A stretch of DNA of 33,178 bases from an uncultured Dehalococcoidales bacterium (GTDB taxonomy: Bacteria > Chloroflexota > Dehalococcoidia > E44-bin15). Below the pieces are notes generated by a model. It saw only the letters and a program-made list of their open reading frames with translations, did not search any database and was not told the DNA's origin. The stretch's first letter is position 1; every line of letters begins with the position of its first letter. The position numbers and the translations under genes were made by a program. Below are positions 25,931-33,178 of the stretch, in pieces. Location: positions 1 through 33,178 of the forward strand of contig CAYSLE010000002.1 in assembly GCA_964431905.1 (NCBI GenBank). Direction: 5' to 3'.

Positions 25931-27184
25931 CTACATAAGCCCCCTGGGATCCACGATCTCGCCGGCGATGGCGCTGGCGGCAGCGGTAGCCGGGCTGGCT
26001 AAATAGATGAATGCCTCGGGGTTGCCCATGCGCCCCCTGAAATTGCGATTGGCGGTGGAGAGACAGCGCTCTCCATCTCCCAGGGCACCCTGATGCACCC
26101 CGACGCAGGGGCCACAGCCGGGGGGCAGGATGACCCCACCTGCTTCGAGGAAGGTCTGAATATACCCGGCGCTGAGCGCTTGGAACAGCACCTCCTTGGA
26201 TGCCGGCGCAACCAAAAGCCGGGTGGAGGGATGGCGTTTACGTCCCTTTAGGATTTGGGCGGCAACCGCCAGATCATCAAGGCGCCCGTTGGTGCAGGTG
26301 CCGATGAAAACCTGCTGTATCTTTTCGCCGGCTAGCTCTTTGGCCAAAGCGATGTTATCTACCGAGTGAGGTTTGGACACCGTTGGCTCAAGGCTTGAAG
26401 CGTCGATCTGGATGATTTGTTCATATTCAGCATCGGGATCGGGCTTAAGAGAGCGGAAAAGGCGGCCGCGACCGCGAGATTCAAGGTAGCGATGGGTGGT
26501 CTCATCAGAGGAGAAAAGCCCTACCTTGGCCCCAGCTTCCACTGCCATATTGGCCAGGGTGAAACGCTGTGACATGCTCATATTCTCCACAGCCCGGCCG
26601 CAGAACTCCAGCGACTTGTATGTGGCGCCATCAGCGCCGAGCATGCCGATAAGATGGAGAGCCAGGTCTTTGGCATATACCCCCTTTTTGAAGCTGCCAT
26701 TGACCACTATCTTGAAGCTCTCCGGCACCCTGAGCCATGTCTTTCCCAGGGCGATGGCGATGGCCACATCTGTAGAGCCCATCCCGGTGGCAAAGGCACC
26801 TAATGCCCCTGCGGTAACGGTATGGGAGTCAGCGCCGAGGATCACCTCGCCCGGGTTGGCATAGGATTCGACGATGAGCTGATGGCAGACACCCTCCCCC
26901 ACATCGCACAGTTGGGCACCGCTCTTTTGGGCAAAGTTGCGCAATAAGATGTGGTCATTGGCGAGCTCCCGAGAAGGGGTGGGAGCAGCGTGGTCCAGAA
27001 AGAGGATCACCCTTTTGGGGTTGGCTATCTTTTCCAGATCGCTGGCCTTAAGTTGACGCAGTGTCAGCGGGCCGGTGCCATCCTGGACGAAAACAAGGTC
27101 AACCTTAGCGATAACAATATCTCCAGCATGAGCATCGGTCTCCGACTTCTCACTCAGTATCTTCTCAGCGAGGGTCTTCCCCAT
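25931..27184 (-). CDS. LeuC-type (aconitase-family) dehydratase large subunit: isopropylmalate isomerase, homoaconitase or aconitase-like
   Basis: About 417 aa. Motifs GKTLAEKIL, GADSHTVTAGALGAFATGMG, IGTCTNGR, CGPCVG and NRNFRGRMG. I prefer ATG 27184, which is 4 nt after the upstream TAA. The track start TTG 27196 would overlap the upstream gene by 8 nt. Confidence 0.85.
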   Translation of the reverse strand: MGKTLAEKILSEKSETDAHAGDIVIAKVDLVFVQDGTGPLTLRQLKASDLEKIANPKRVILFLDHAAPTPSRELANDHILLRNFAQKSGAQLCDVGEGVCHQLIVESYANPGEVILGADSHTVTAGALGAFATGMGSTDVAIAIALGKTWLRVPESFKIVVNGSFKKGVYAKDLALHLIGMLGADGATYKSLEFCGRAVENMSMSQRFTLANMAVEAGAKVGLFSSDETTHRYLESRGRGRLFRSLKPDPDAEYEQIIQIDASSLEPTVSKPHSVDNIALAKELAGEKIQQVFIGTCTNGRLDDLAVAAQILKGRKRHPSTRLLVAPASKEVLFQALSAGYIQTFLEAGGVILPPGCGPCVGVHQGALGDGERCLSTANRNFRGRMGNPEAFIYLASPATAAASAIAGEIVDPRGLM

Positions 27185-27188
27185 AGCG

Positions 27189-29171
27189 TTAACCAATGAC
27201 TGCCAAGACCTGATCCTTGGTCACCCGATCCCCCGGCTTGCATCTCAGCTCCTTAACCGTGCCATCGATAGGGGCAGGGAGAGCCGACTCCATCTTCATC
27301 GCCTCGAGGATAACCACACTATCGCCTGCCTTGACCTGCTGCCCTACCTTCACTTCGTATCTGATGATCATCCCCGGCATAGGTGCCAGAACAGCCCCCG
27401 CCACGGCAGCCCCCGGTGCCGGCTTAGCCTCTTTAACTGCCGCAGGCTGCTCCGCCTTTGGCGGTGCCGCTTTAGTTGGGGCTACTGTGGCCGCACGTGA
27501 AGGATTGGTAACCCTTACTCCACCCGCGGGCTCTACCTCCACCTGGTAATACTCATCCCCGACGAATACGTTATAGACCCTGACCCCAGGCCCCTTAGGT
27601 GGAACCGGCTTTTCCTTCTTCTCCACCAGCTTCCCCGCCTTAGCCTTAGCGATGAGCTCATCCTCCCGCTTTATCTCCTCCATGGTCTTCGGCGCCCGGG
27701 GAGGCTTCCAGTCCGATGGAATCTCCTTATCCAATCCATATCTGTATCTCAGGAAGCGCATACCAGTGGTAGGGAAAAGGGCATAAAGCAACACGTCTTT
27801 GTCATCTTTGGCAATGCCCTTGGTCGCCTCCCTCGCCTTTTCCAGCTCTGGCTTCAGCAAATCAGCAGCGCGACAGGTGATTGGCTCCTCACCACGCTCA
27901 TAGCCTTTGAGCACCATCTTCTGGATCTCAGGGTCGATAGGAGCTGGCGACTTACCATATAGGCCCCAGCAGTAGTCCTTCACCTCTTTAGAGATAAACT
28001 TGTAAGGACCAAGCAGGGTGTTCTGCACCGCTTGAACCCCCACAATCTGGCTGGTAGGGGTAACCAGAGGAGGATAACCAAGCTCAGCGCGAACCTTGGC
28101 CGTCATGGCCCGGCATTCATCCAACCTGTTGAGCGCCTCGGCCTCCTTCAGCTGGGACACAAGGTTGGTGGTCATCCCTCCCGGGATCTGATGCACCAGC
28201 ACACCGGTATCGATGACCGACATCGCTGAGGTGTCAAGGAAATCCCTATACTTGGGGGCTATCTGCTCCAGCATCTGGCCACACTTGAACAGTTGCTCGA
28301 TATCAAGCCCGGTATCCCTATCGGTCCCATAGAGAGCTACCACTATGGGCTCGATAGCCGGCTGTGAAGACCGCAGGGCAAAGGGCGATAGCGCAGTATC
28401 GATGATATCAACCCCAGCCTCTATGGCCTTCAATATAGACATCGAGGCCTGCCCGCTAGTGTAGTGGGTATGGAGCTCGACCGGGACTTCCAAGGCCTCT
28501 TTCAAAGCCTTGATAAGCTCATAGGCATCATATGGGGAGATCAGCCCCGCCTGGTCCTTGATGCAGATGCTATCAGCGCCCAGGTCCCGCAGGATGAAGG
28601 CCTTGTTAACATAATAATCAAGGTTGTACACCGGCCCGCCCATCCTGGGCTGGGTGAGGGAATAACATATAGCGCCTTGGTAATGCTTTCCTACCCGTTT
28701 GATTGCCTTGGCTGCCCGTTCGTGATTGCGCTCATCGTTCACCGCGTCGAAGACGCGGAATATATCGATCCCCACTTCGGCAGCATGCTCGACGAAGCAA
28801 TCCACCAGGTCGTCAGGGTGATTTCGATAGGCAACCAGGTTCTGTCCCCGGAGGAGCATCTGGAGCGGGGTATTGGGCATGAGCTTTTTCAATTTCCGAG
28901 GCCTATCCCACGGGTCCTCGCCCAAGAAGCGGTGCGGGACATCAAAGGTTGCTCCTCCCCAAACCTCCATAGAATAGAAGCCACACTTGTTCATCTCCGC
29001 GGCCATCCATTCCATGTCCTCGGTTCGCATCCTAGTGGCCAGTGATGACTGGTGCCCATCTCGAAAGGTGGTGTCACAAACCTTAACTGGGTGTGCTGCC
29101 TTTGGCCTACCCTTCACCTTCTCCGTGGTCAATTCACTTGCTTTATACGGGCCTTTTTTAATCCCTGTCAT
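27189..29171 (-). CDS. Oxaloacetate-decarboxylase-alpha / pyruvate-carboxylase-B / transcarboxylase-5S-type carboxyltransferase, fused to a C-terminal biotinyl carrier domain
   Basis: Motif VKVCDTTFRDGHQS, a TIM-barrel carboxyltransferase, a Pro/Ala-rich linker, and the biotinylation motif ILEAMKMES. ATG 29171 has a strong RBS (GGAGGTG + 6 nt). The track start TTG 29186 is the RBS region itself. Confidence 0.9.
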   Translation of the reverse strand: MTGIKKGPYKASELTTEKVKGRPKAAHPVKVCDTTFRDGHQSSLATRMRTEDMEWMAAEMNKCGFYSMEVWGGATFDVPHRFLGEDPWDRPRKLKKLMPNTPLQMLLRGQNLVAYRNHPDDLVDCFVEHAAEVGIDIFRVFDAVNDERNHERAAKAIKRVGKHYQGAICYSLTQPRMGGPVYNLDYYVNKAFILRDLGADSICIKDQAGLISPYDAYELIKALKEALEVPVELHTHYTSGQASMSILKAIEAGVDIIDTALSPFALRSSQPAIEPIVVALYGTDRDTGLDIEQLFKCGQMLEQIAPKYRDFLDTSAMSVIDTGVLVHQIPGGMTTNLVSQLKEAEALNRLDECRAMTAKVRAELGYPPLVTPTSQIVGVQAVQNTLLGPYKFISKEVKDYCWGLYGKSPAPIDPEIQKMVLKGYERGEEPITCRAADLLKPELEKAREATKGIAKDDKDVLLYALFPTTGMRFLRYRYGLDKEIPSDWKPPRAPKTMEEIKREDELIAKAKAGKLVEKKEKPVPPKGPGVRVYNVFVGDEYYQVEVEPAGGVRVTNPSRAATVAPTKAAPPKAEQPAAVKEAKPAPGAAVAGAVLAPMPGMIIRYEVKVGQQVKAGDSVVILEAMKMESALPAPIDGTVKELRCKPGDRVTKDQVLAVIG

Positions 29172-29250
29172 GGTTTTCACCTCCAAGAACTCTCGTCTGA
29201 AGCCAAACTGTCCCGGCCCCTATCCCTCGCTCTTCATTTCCCCAGTTGGC

Positions 29251-29433
29251 TTATAGCCCCTTTCTTAGCTGCCATGCTATTCGCATCCTCATCATCTCCC
29301 CCAAACCCCAGTATTTCCAGGGGCTAAAGAGTAGGCGAGGCGCGGGCATCTGGGTCAAGGTTATCGCCTCTTCCTCCTCAAACTGTTCAATGGCAGCCAG
29401 GATGGCTGCCATAACCCCACCTTTTTCTTTCAT
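29251..29433 (-). CDS. Small (60 aa) acidic protein, possibly an accessory subunit of the carboxyltransferase complex
   Basis: A strong RBS (AAGGAG, 5-nt spacer) lies immediately after the 12S gene stop. The sequence MAAILAAIEQFEEEE...SPWKYWGLGEMMRMR resembles the AAIxAAI / xxWxxxGxxExM pattern of small proteins I recall next to biotin-dependent decarboxylase or transcarboxylase genes. No TM helix. Memory-based assignment. Confidence 0.5.
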   Translation of the reverse strand: MKEKGGVMAAILAAIEQFEEEEAITLTQMPAPRLLFSPWKYWGLGEMMRMRIAWQLRKGL

Positions 29434-29441
29434 CCTGCTCC

Positions 29442-30992
29442 TTAAAGCGGGATATTACCGTGCTTCTTAGGTGGCAGGGTATCCCGCTTGTTTTGCAGCA
29501 TCTCCAGGGCCTTAATTAACTTGGGTCGCGTCTCCCTGGGGTCGATGACATCGTCGATGTAGCCCCTAGCCGCCGTTACGTAAGGATTAGCGAATTTCTC
29601 CTCGTACTCAGCGACAAGTCGGTTTCTGGTCGCCTCCGGGTTATCCGACTTCTGGATGGTCTCCCGGTAGATGATATTAACCGCACCATCAGGCCCCATC
29701 ACTGCGATCTCCGCCGTGGGCCAGGCATAGCTTATATCGCCTCTGAGGTGCTTGCTGCTCATTGCTATATATGCTCCCCCATAGGCCTTACGGGTGATTA
29801 CAGTCACCTTAGGCACAGTGGCCTCAGAGTAAGCAAAGAGCAACTTCGCCCCATGTCTGATAATCCCTCCATACTCCTGATCAACGCCGGGCATATATCC
29901 AGGTACATCGCAGAAGGTGACGATGGGTAGGTTAAAGCAATCGAGGAAACGAACAAAGCGAGCAGCTTTATCTGAAGCATTGATATCGATACACCCGGCG
30001 GCTACCGAGGGCTGCTGGGCCACGATGCCCACCGAGCGCCCATTGAGCCTGGCAAATCCAGTGATCATGTTCTGAGCGAAGTGCGCGTGAACCTCCATGA
30101 ATTCACCGTTGTCCACCACCCTCCAGATAAGCTCCTTCATATTGTAGGCCTTGGAGGTATCCTCGGGGACGATGTAAAGCAGTTCTGGATCCATTCTATC
30201 CGGGGGGTCGGTGGGCTCTACTATAGGAGGCTCCTCCATATTGTTCTGAGGGAGATAGCTCAACAGACGCCGAACCTGTTCTAGGCAATCCCTATCGCTC
30301 TCAACGACAAAGTGACAGTTCCCGCTCTGGCTGGCATGAACCATGGCCCCACCCAGCTGTTCCAGGGACACCTCCTCGCCGGTCACCGCACGGATGACAT
30401 CGGGGCCAGTGATATACATCTGTCCCGTGCCCTTTACCATAAATATGAAGTCGGTGATTGCCGGTGAGTATACCGCACCTCCGGCGCTGGGGCCCATGAT
30501 GGCTGAGATCTGGGGGACTACCCCTGATGAAAGGGTATTCCTGAGGAAGATCTCTCCATACCCGGCAAGGCTGTCCACCCCCTCCTGGATCCTGGCGCCG
30601 CCGGAATCGAGGAACCCAACGCAAGGTGCCCCGTTCTTGACTGCGAGGTCCATAACCTTGCATATCTTGCGAGAGACCACCTCCGATAGCGAGCCACCGA
30701 AGACAGTGAAGTCCTGGGCAAAGACATAAACCGGCCTGCCATCTACCTTCCCGTAACCGGTGACCACGGCGTCACCCGGGAATTTTTTATCGGCAAGGCC
30801 GAACTCTGTGGCGCGATGGGTTACGAAGGCGTCAAGCTCCTCAAAGCTGCCCTCATCGAAAAAGAGAGCGATGCGCTCCCTAGCGGTAAGCTTGCCTCTC
30901 TCATGCTGGGCCTCGATACGCTTCTCGCCGCCACCTAACTTTGACTCCGCTCTCAGTTTAGCTAGTTTATCAATCCTCTCCTCAATAGCCAT
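29442..30992 (-). CDS. Acyl-CoA carboxyltransferase (methylmalonyl-CoA carboxyltransferase 12S / propionyl-CoA carboxylase beta family)
   Basis: 516 aa. Motifs [30 protein letters not shown] and [19 protein letters not shown]. Confidence 0.9.
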   Translation of the reverse strand: MAIEERIDKLAKLRAESKLGGGEKRIEAQHERGKLTARERIALFFDEGSFEELDAFVTHRATEFGLADKKFPGDAVVTGYGKVDGRPVYVFAQDFTVFGGSLSEVVSRKICKVMDLAVKNGAPCVGFLDSGGARIQEGVDSLAGYGEIFLRNTLSSGVVPQISAIMGPSAGGAVYSPAITDFIFMVKGTGQMYITGPDVIRAVTGEEVSLEQLGGAMVHASQSGNCHFVVESDRDCLEQVRRLLSYLPQNNMEEPPIVEPTDPPDRMDPELLYIVPEDTSKAYNMKELIWRVVDNGEFMEVHAHFAQNMITGFARLNGRSVGIVAQQPSVAAGCIDINASDKAARFVRFLDCFNLPIVTFCDVPGYMPGVDQEYGGIIRHGAKLLFAYSEATVPKVTVITRKAYGGAYIAMSSKHLRGDISYAWPTAEIAVMGPDGAVNIIYRETIQKSDNPEATRNRLVAEYEEKFANPYVTAARGYIDDVIDPRETRPKLIKALEMLQNKRDTLPPKKHGNIPL

Positions 30993-31074
30993 TTTTCTCC
31001 CTCAGTAAGTTTGTGAAACTAGTTACATGCCTATTCTATAACGCTGATCTCAAAAAAGCAAGCAAAGGCGCGCC

Positions 31075-31974
31075 TTATCTGCTATCTGCTTCATCTTCCT
31101 TTTGGGCAATTGAACTTGCCATCATGAGCAGCTTTCGCGCCCGGTTAACTATGGGAATATCGATCATCTTGCCATCAAGAGAGGTTGAGGCGAAGCCCTG
31201 GGCCTCAGCAGCCTCAAAGGCAGCGATAACCCTCCTCGCCTGCTCTACCTCCTCCGGCGACGGCCGGAAAATGCGGTTTACCGGCTCGATCTGGCTGGGG
31301 TGAATCAGGAACTTGCCGTCAAAGCCAAGCCTGTGGGCAAGCCTTGCCTCTCTGATAAGCCCCGCTTCATCCCTGAAGTCATTGTGAGGGGTGTCTATAG
31401 CCATGACCTCAGCAGCCTTGGCTGCAATAACCACCATAACCCGGGGCAGCAAAAGCTCCTCCCCCTCTTCAGTGCGCATCATGCCGGTGTCTAGGGTGAA
31501 ATCCTCAGCGCCAAAGGCAATGCCCACCACCCTGGGGGAGGCGCTAGCGATGTCAAAGGCACTGACCATTCCTTTAGCGGTCTCAACCCAGGGTAGCAGC
31601 TTGATATGGCCCCTTTCGATTCCCCGCTTTCTCTCCAAACGCTCGATGATCGCCGCCATCTCCCCGATGTCGCCGGATGAGCTGGGCTTGGGCTGGCTGA
31701 TGCCATCGAGGCCCTGGGAGACCACCGCCTCCAGATCATCCTGGGCCAGGCCGGTGGCCAGGGAGTTGATGCGGACAAAGACCTTCCGCCCCCTACGCGA
31801 CAGCCCCGCCAGGGAATCACGCACCAGGGCTCTGGCTTTGGCCTTTTCCACCGCAGGCACTGAATCCTCCAGGTCTAAAACGATGGCATCAGCCGGTAGA
31901 CTTCGCGCCTTTTCGATCATGTTGGGGCGGTTGCCCGGGACGAAGAGCAGTGTTCTGAGCGGCTCCACATTCAC
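31075..31974 (-). CDS. citE: HpcH/HpaI aldolase-citrate lyase beta family (CitE-like acyl-CoA lyase, e.g. citryl-/malyl-CoA lyase type)
   Basis: Motifs LRTLLFVPGNRP, DAIVLDLEDSV, FGAEDF and KFLIHPSQI. Start is GTG 31974 or GTG 31968 (after GGGGGTG). Confidence 0.8.
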   Translation of the reverse strand: MNVEPLRTLLFVPGNRPNMIEKARSLPADAIVLDLEDSVPAVEKAKARALVRDSLAGLSRRGRKVFVRINSLATGLAQDDLEAVVSQGLDGISQPKPSSSGDIGEMAAIIERLERKRGIERGHIKLLPWVETAKGMVSAFDIASASPRVVGIAFGAEDFTLDTGMMRTEEGEELLLPRVMVVIAAKAAEVMAIDTPHNDFRDEAGLIREARLAHRLGFDGKFLIHPSQIEPVNRIFRPSPEEVEQARRVIAAFEAAEAQGFASTSLDGKMIDIPIVNRARKLLMMASSIAQKEDEADSR

Positions 31975-31995
31975 CCCCTGTCAAATATTGAGACT

Positions 31996-32025
31996 AGTAT
32001 GGTGTTTGCTGATGCTCGTTGTCAA
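31996..32025 (-). promoter_or_regulatory. Possible promoter for the citE-led cluster
   Basis: On the minus strand: TTGACA (32025..32020), an 18-nt spacer, then CATACT (32001..31996). The -10 match is weak. Confidence 0.3.
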
Positions 32026-32028
32026 GTA

Positions 32029-32057
32029 TTCTCAAAGCCATAAGCCTGTGCTAGAAT
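32029..32057 (+). promoter_or_regulatory. Possible folP promoter, positioned for a leaderless or near-leaderless transcript
   Basis: TTCTCA (32029..32034), a 17-nt spacer, then TAGAAT (32052..32057). The folP ATG begins only 7 nt after the -10 hexamer. Confidence 0.3.
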
Positions 32058-32064
32058 TTGAAGG

Positions 32065-32898
32065 ATGAGCACCGATCTGGGCATAACCAAGTGCGGCAGT
32101 AGCGAGTTCAGGTGGGGGGAGCGCACCTATATTATGGGGGTGGTCAATGTTACCCCCGATTCCTTCTCCGGCGATGGACTAGGGAGCGACATCGATGCAG
32201 CGCTGGCCCAGGCACGGCGCTTCGTCAAAGAAGGGGCTGACATCATCGATGTCGGCGGCGAGTCCACCCGCCCCGATTTCCCCCCTATATCGGTGGAGGA
32301 AGAGCTGGGCAGGGTGATCCCGGTAGTGGAAAAGTTGGCAGCGGAGATCGCAGTGCCCATAAGTATCGACACCTACAAATCGGAGGTGGCGAGGCGCGCC
32401 CTGGAGGCCGGGGCCAGGATGATCAACGATGTCTGGGGCCTCAGGCGTGACCCTAAGCTCGCTGAAGTCGCCGCCCGATGGGGGGTGCCATTGGTCATCG
32501 TGGCCAATCAGCGGGAAACCACCTATGGGGAGATCGTCGCCGAGGTCTTGGCTTTCTTGAGGAGAGGCATTGATCTGGCGCTGGATAGCGGGGTTGCCTG
32601 GGAGAATATCATCATCGACCCCGGCATCGGCTTCGGCAAGACCCTGGAGGGAAATCTGGAGCTTATCCGCCGCCTGGGTGAAATCAAGGCGCTGGGCCGG
32701 CCGATCCTCCTTGGGACATCGCGTAAATCGATGATCGGGATGGTCTTAAACCTTCCCCCGGACCAGCGTGTGGAGGGGACAGCCGCCACCGTTGCCCTGG
32801 GCATCGCCAACGGGGCTGATATGGTGCGGGTGCATGACGTTCTTTTCATGGTGCGCGTCTCGAGGATGGCCGACGCCATCGTCAGAAGGGTAAGATGA
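32065..32898 (+). CDS. folP: Dihydropteroate synthase
   Basis: Motifs IMGVVNVTPDSFSGDG, IIDVGGESTRP, SIDTYK, INDVWG, DPGIGFGK and VRVHDV. Confidence 0.95.
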   Translation: MSTDLGITKCGSSEFRWGERTYIMGVVNVTPDSFSGDGLGSDIDAALAQARRFVKEGADIIDVGGESTRPDFPPISVEEELGRVIPVVEKLAAEIAVPISIDTYKSEVARRALEAGARMINDVWGLRRDPKLAEVAARWGVPLVIVANQRETTYGEIVAEVLAFLRRGIDLALDSGVAWENIIIDPGIGFGKTLEGNLELIRRLGEIKALGRPILLGTSRKSMIGMVLNLPPDQRVEGTAATVALGIANGADMVRVHDVLFMVRVSRMADAIVRRVR

Positions 32899-33178
32899 AG
32901 GTCTACCTAGGTCTGGGCTCTAACGTGGGGGATCGCAAGGCAAATCTGGAAAAAGCGCTCCAACTCCTCGGCGAGCGGCTCCATATCGAACAAGTCTCCT
33001 CCCTTTATGAGACCGAGCCTATGGGTTATGTGGAGCAACCCCGCTTTCTCAATGCCGTTTGCTGCGTTGAAACGGACATAGGCCCCTGGCAACTGCTCTC
33101 CCTGATAAAGGGGATCGAGGCCGCTCTGGGACGGGTGCCCAGCTTCCCCAATGCCCCTCGCCCCATAGATGTGGACAT
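32895..33178 (+). CDS. folK: 2-amino-4-hydroxy-6-hydroxymethyldihydropteridine pyrophosphokinase (HPPK), N-terminal 94 codons; runs off window
   Basis: Not in the ORF track. ATG 32895 overlaps the folP TGA as ATGA. My translation is MKVYLGLGSNVGDRKANLEKALQLL...VSSLYETEPMGYVEQPRFLNAVCCVET...LLSLIKGIEAALGRV...PRPIDVDI, which has the classic HPPK motifs. The minus ORF 32907..33092 is its shadow. Confidence 0.85.
   Translation, partial: MKVYLGLGSNVGDRKANLEKALQLLGERLHIEQVSSLYETEPMGYVEQPRFLNAVCCVETDIGPWQLLSLIKGIEAALGRVPSFPNAPRPIDVD

Noticed and set aside
29172-29186. Track start TTG 29186 for the 5S carboxyltransferase gene
   Set aside because: The bases TTGGAGGTG are themselves a near-perfect SD for ATG 29171 (6-nt spacer), so the five extra codons are probably untranslated.
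31050-31077. Palindrome AAGGCGCGCCTT followed by a T-rich tract (minus strand) after citE, as an intrinsic terminator
   Set aside because: With a viable loop the stem is only about 4 bp, too weak to call a terminator. I also found no convincing hairpin+U-tract terminators after nuoN (12506..12594) or after fumarase beta (18371..18511).
32907-33092. 61-aa minus ORF at the right edge
   Set aside because: It is antisense to the clear folK (HPPK) reading frame, which starts at 32895 and overlaps the folP stop.
1-33178. Searched by eye for tRNA/rRNA, CRISPR repeats, IS/transposase/integrase genes, toxin-antitoxin pairs, defence genes and riboswitch-sized leaders
   Set aside because: No intergenic region exceeds 141 bp. 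None shows tRNA-like ends, repeat-spacer periodicity or terminal inverted repeats. Every long ORF is assignable to metabolic or respiratory families. No leader is long enough for a riboswitch: the predicted rSAM leader is about 25 nt and the nuo leader about 14 nt.

Overview
This is a densely coding bacterial chromosomal window. GC is mid-50s % by eye (not computed). Most genes have GGAGG-type ribosome-binding sites, and many start with GTG or TTG. I found no rRNA, tRNA, CRISPR array, transposase, integrase or long repeat.

There are four blocks.

(1) 1-2185, minus strand: a B12-binding radical SAM enzyme followed by an Old-Yellow-Enzyme-family flavin oxidoreductase. The oxidoreductase runs off the left edge and is missing from the ORF track.

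(2) 2298-17625, plus strand: an 11-subunit complex I locus, nuoA-B-C-D-H/I-J-K-L-M-[Nudix]-N.
- It has no nuoE/F/G.
- nuoH and nuoI are read as one uninterrupted ORF.
- A Nudix hydrolase gene is wedged between nuoM and nuoN.
- After an 89-bp gap come tightly coupled nadK, a GNAT, an ADP-ribose-pyrophosphatase-type Nudix, GT4, a methyltransferase and a second GT4.
- A second methyltransferase (17600-18370, minus) converges on this block and overlaps it by 26 bp.

(3) 18512-31974, minus strand: 14 co-directional central-carbon genes. In transcription order they are a CitE-like lyase, a 12S carboxyltransferase, a 60-aa protein, a 5S carboxyltransferase-biotin carrier fusion, a LeuC/LeuD-type dehydratase, icd, mdh, class I fumarase alpha, sdhA-C-D-B and fumarase beta.

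(4) 32065 to the end, plus strand: folP and folK. folK runs off the right edge and is also missing from the track.

The most unusual points are:
- the NuoH-NuoI fusion with an extra hydrophobic linker;
- the NAD/ADP-ribose-handling genes inside and just after an N-module-less nuo operon;
- the duplicated GT4-methyltransferase modules;
- the fumarase subunit genes split around an sdh cluster with atypical A-C-D-B order.

None of these is a clearly new system on sequence alone. All family calls come from motifs read in the translations, and no database search was run. A Chloroflexota/Dehalococcoidia-like origin is only a guess, based on the nuo operon lacking EFG and a 366-aa NuoD.
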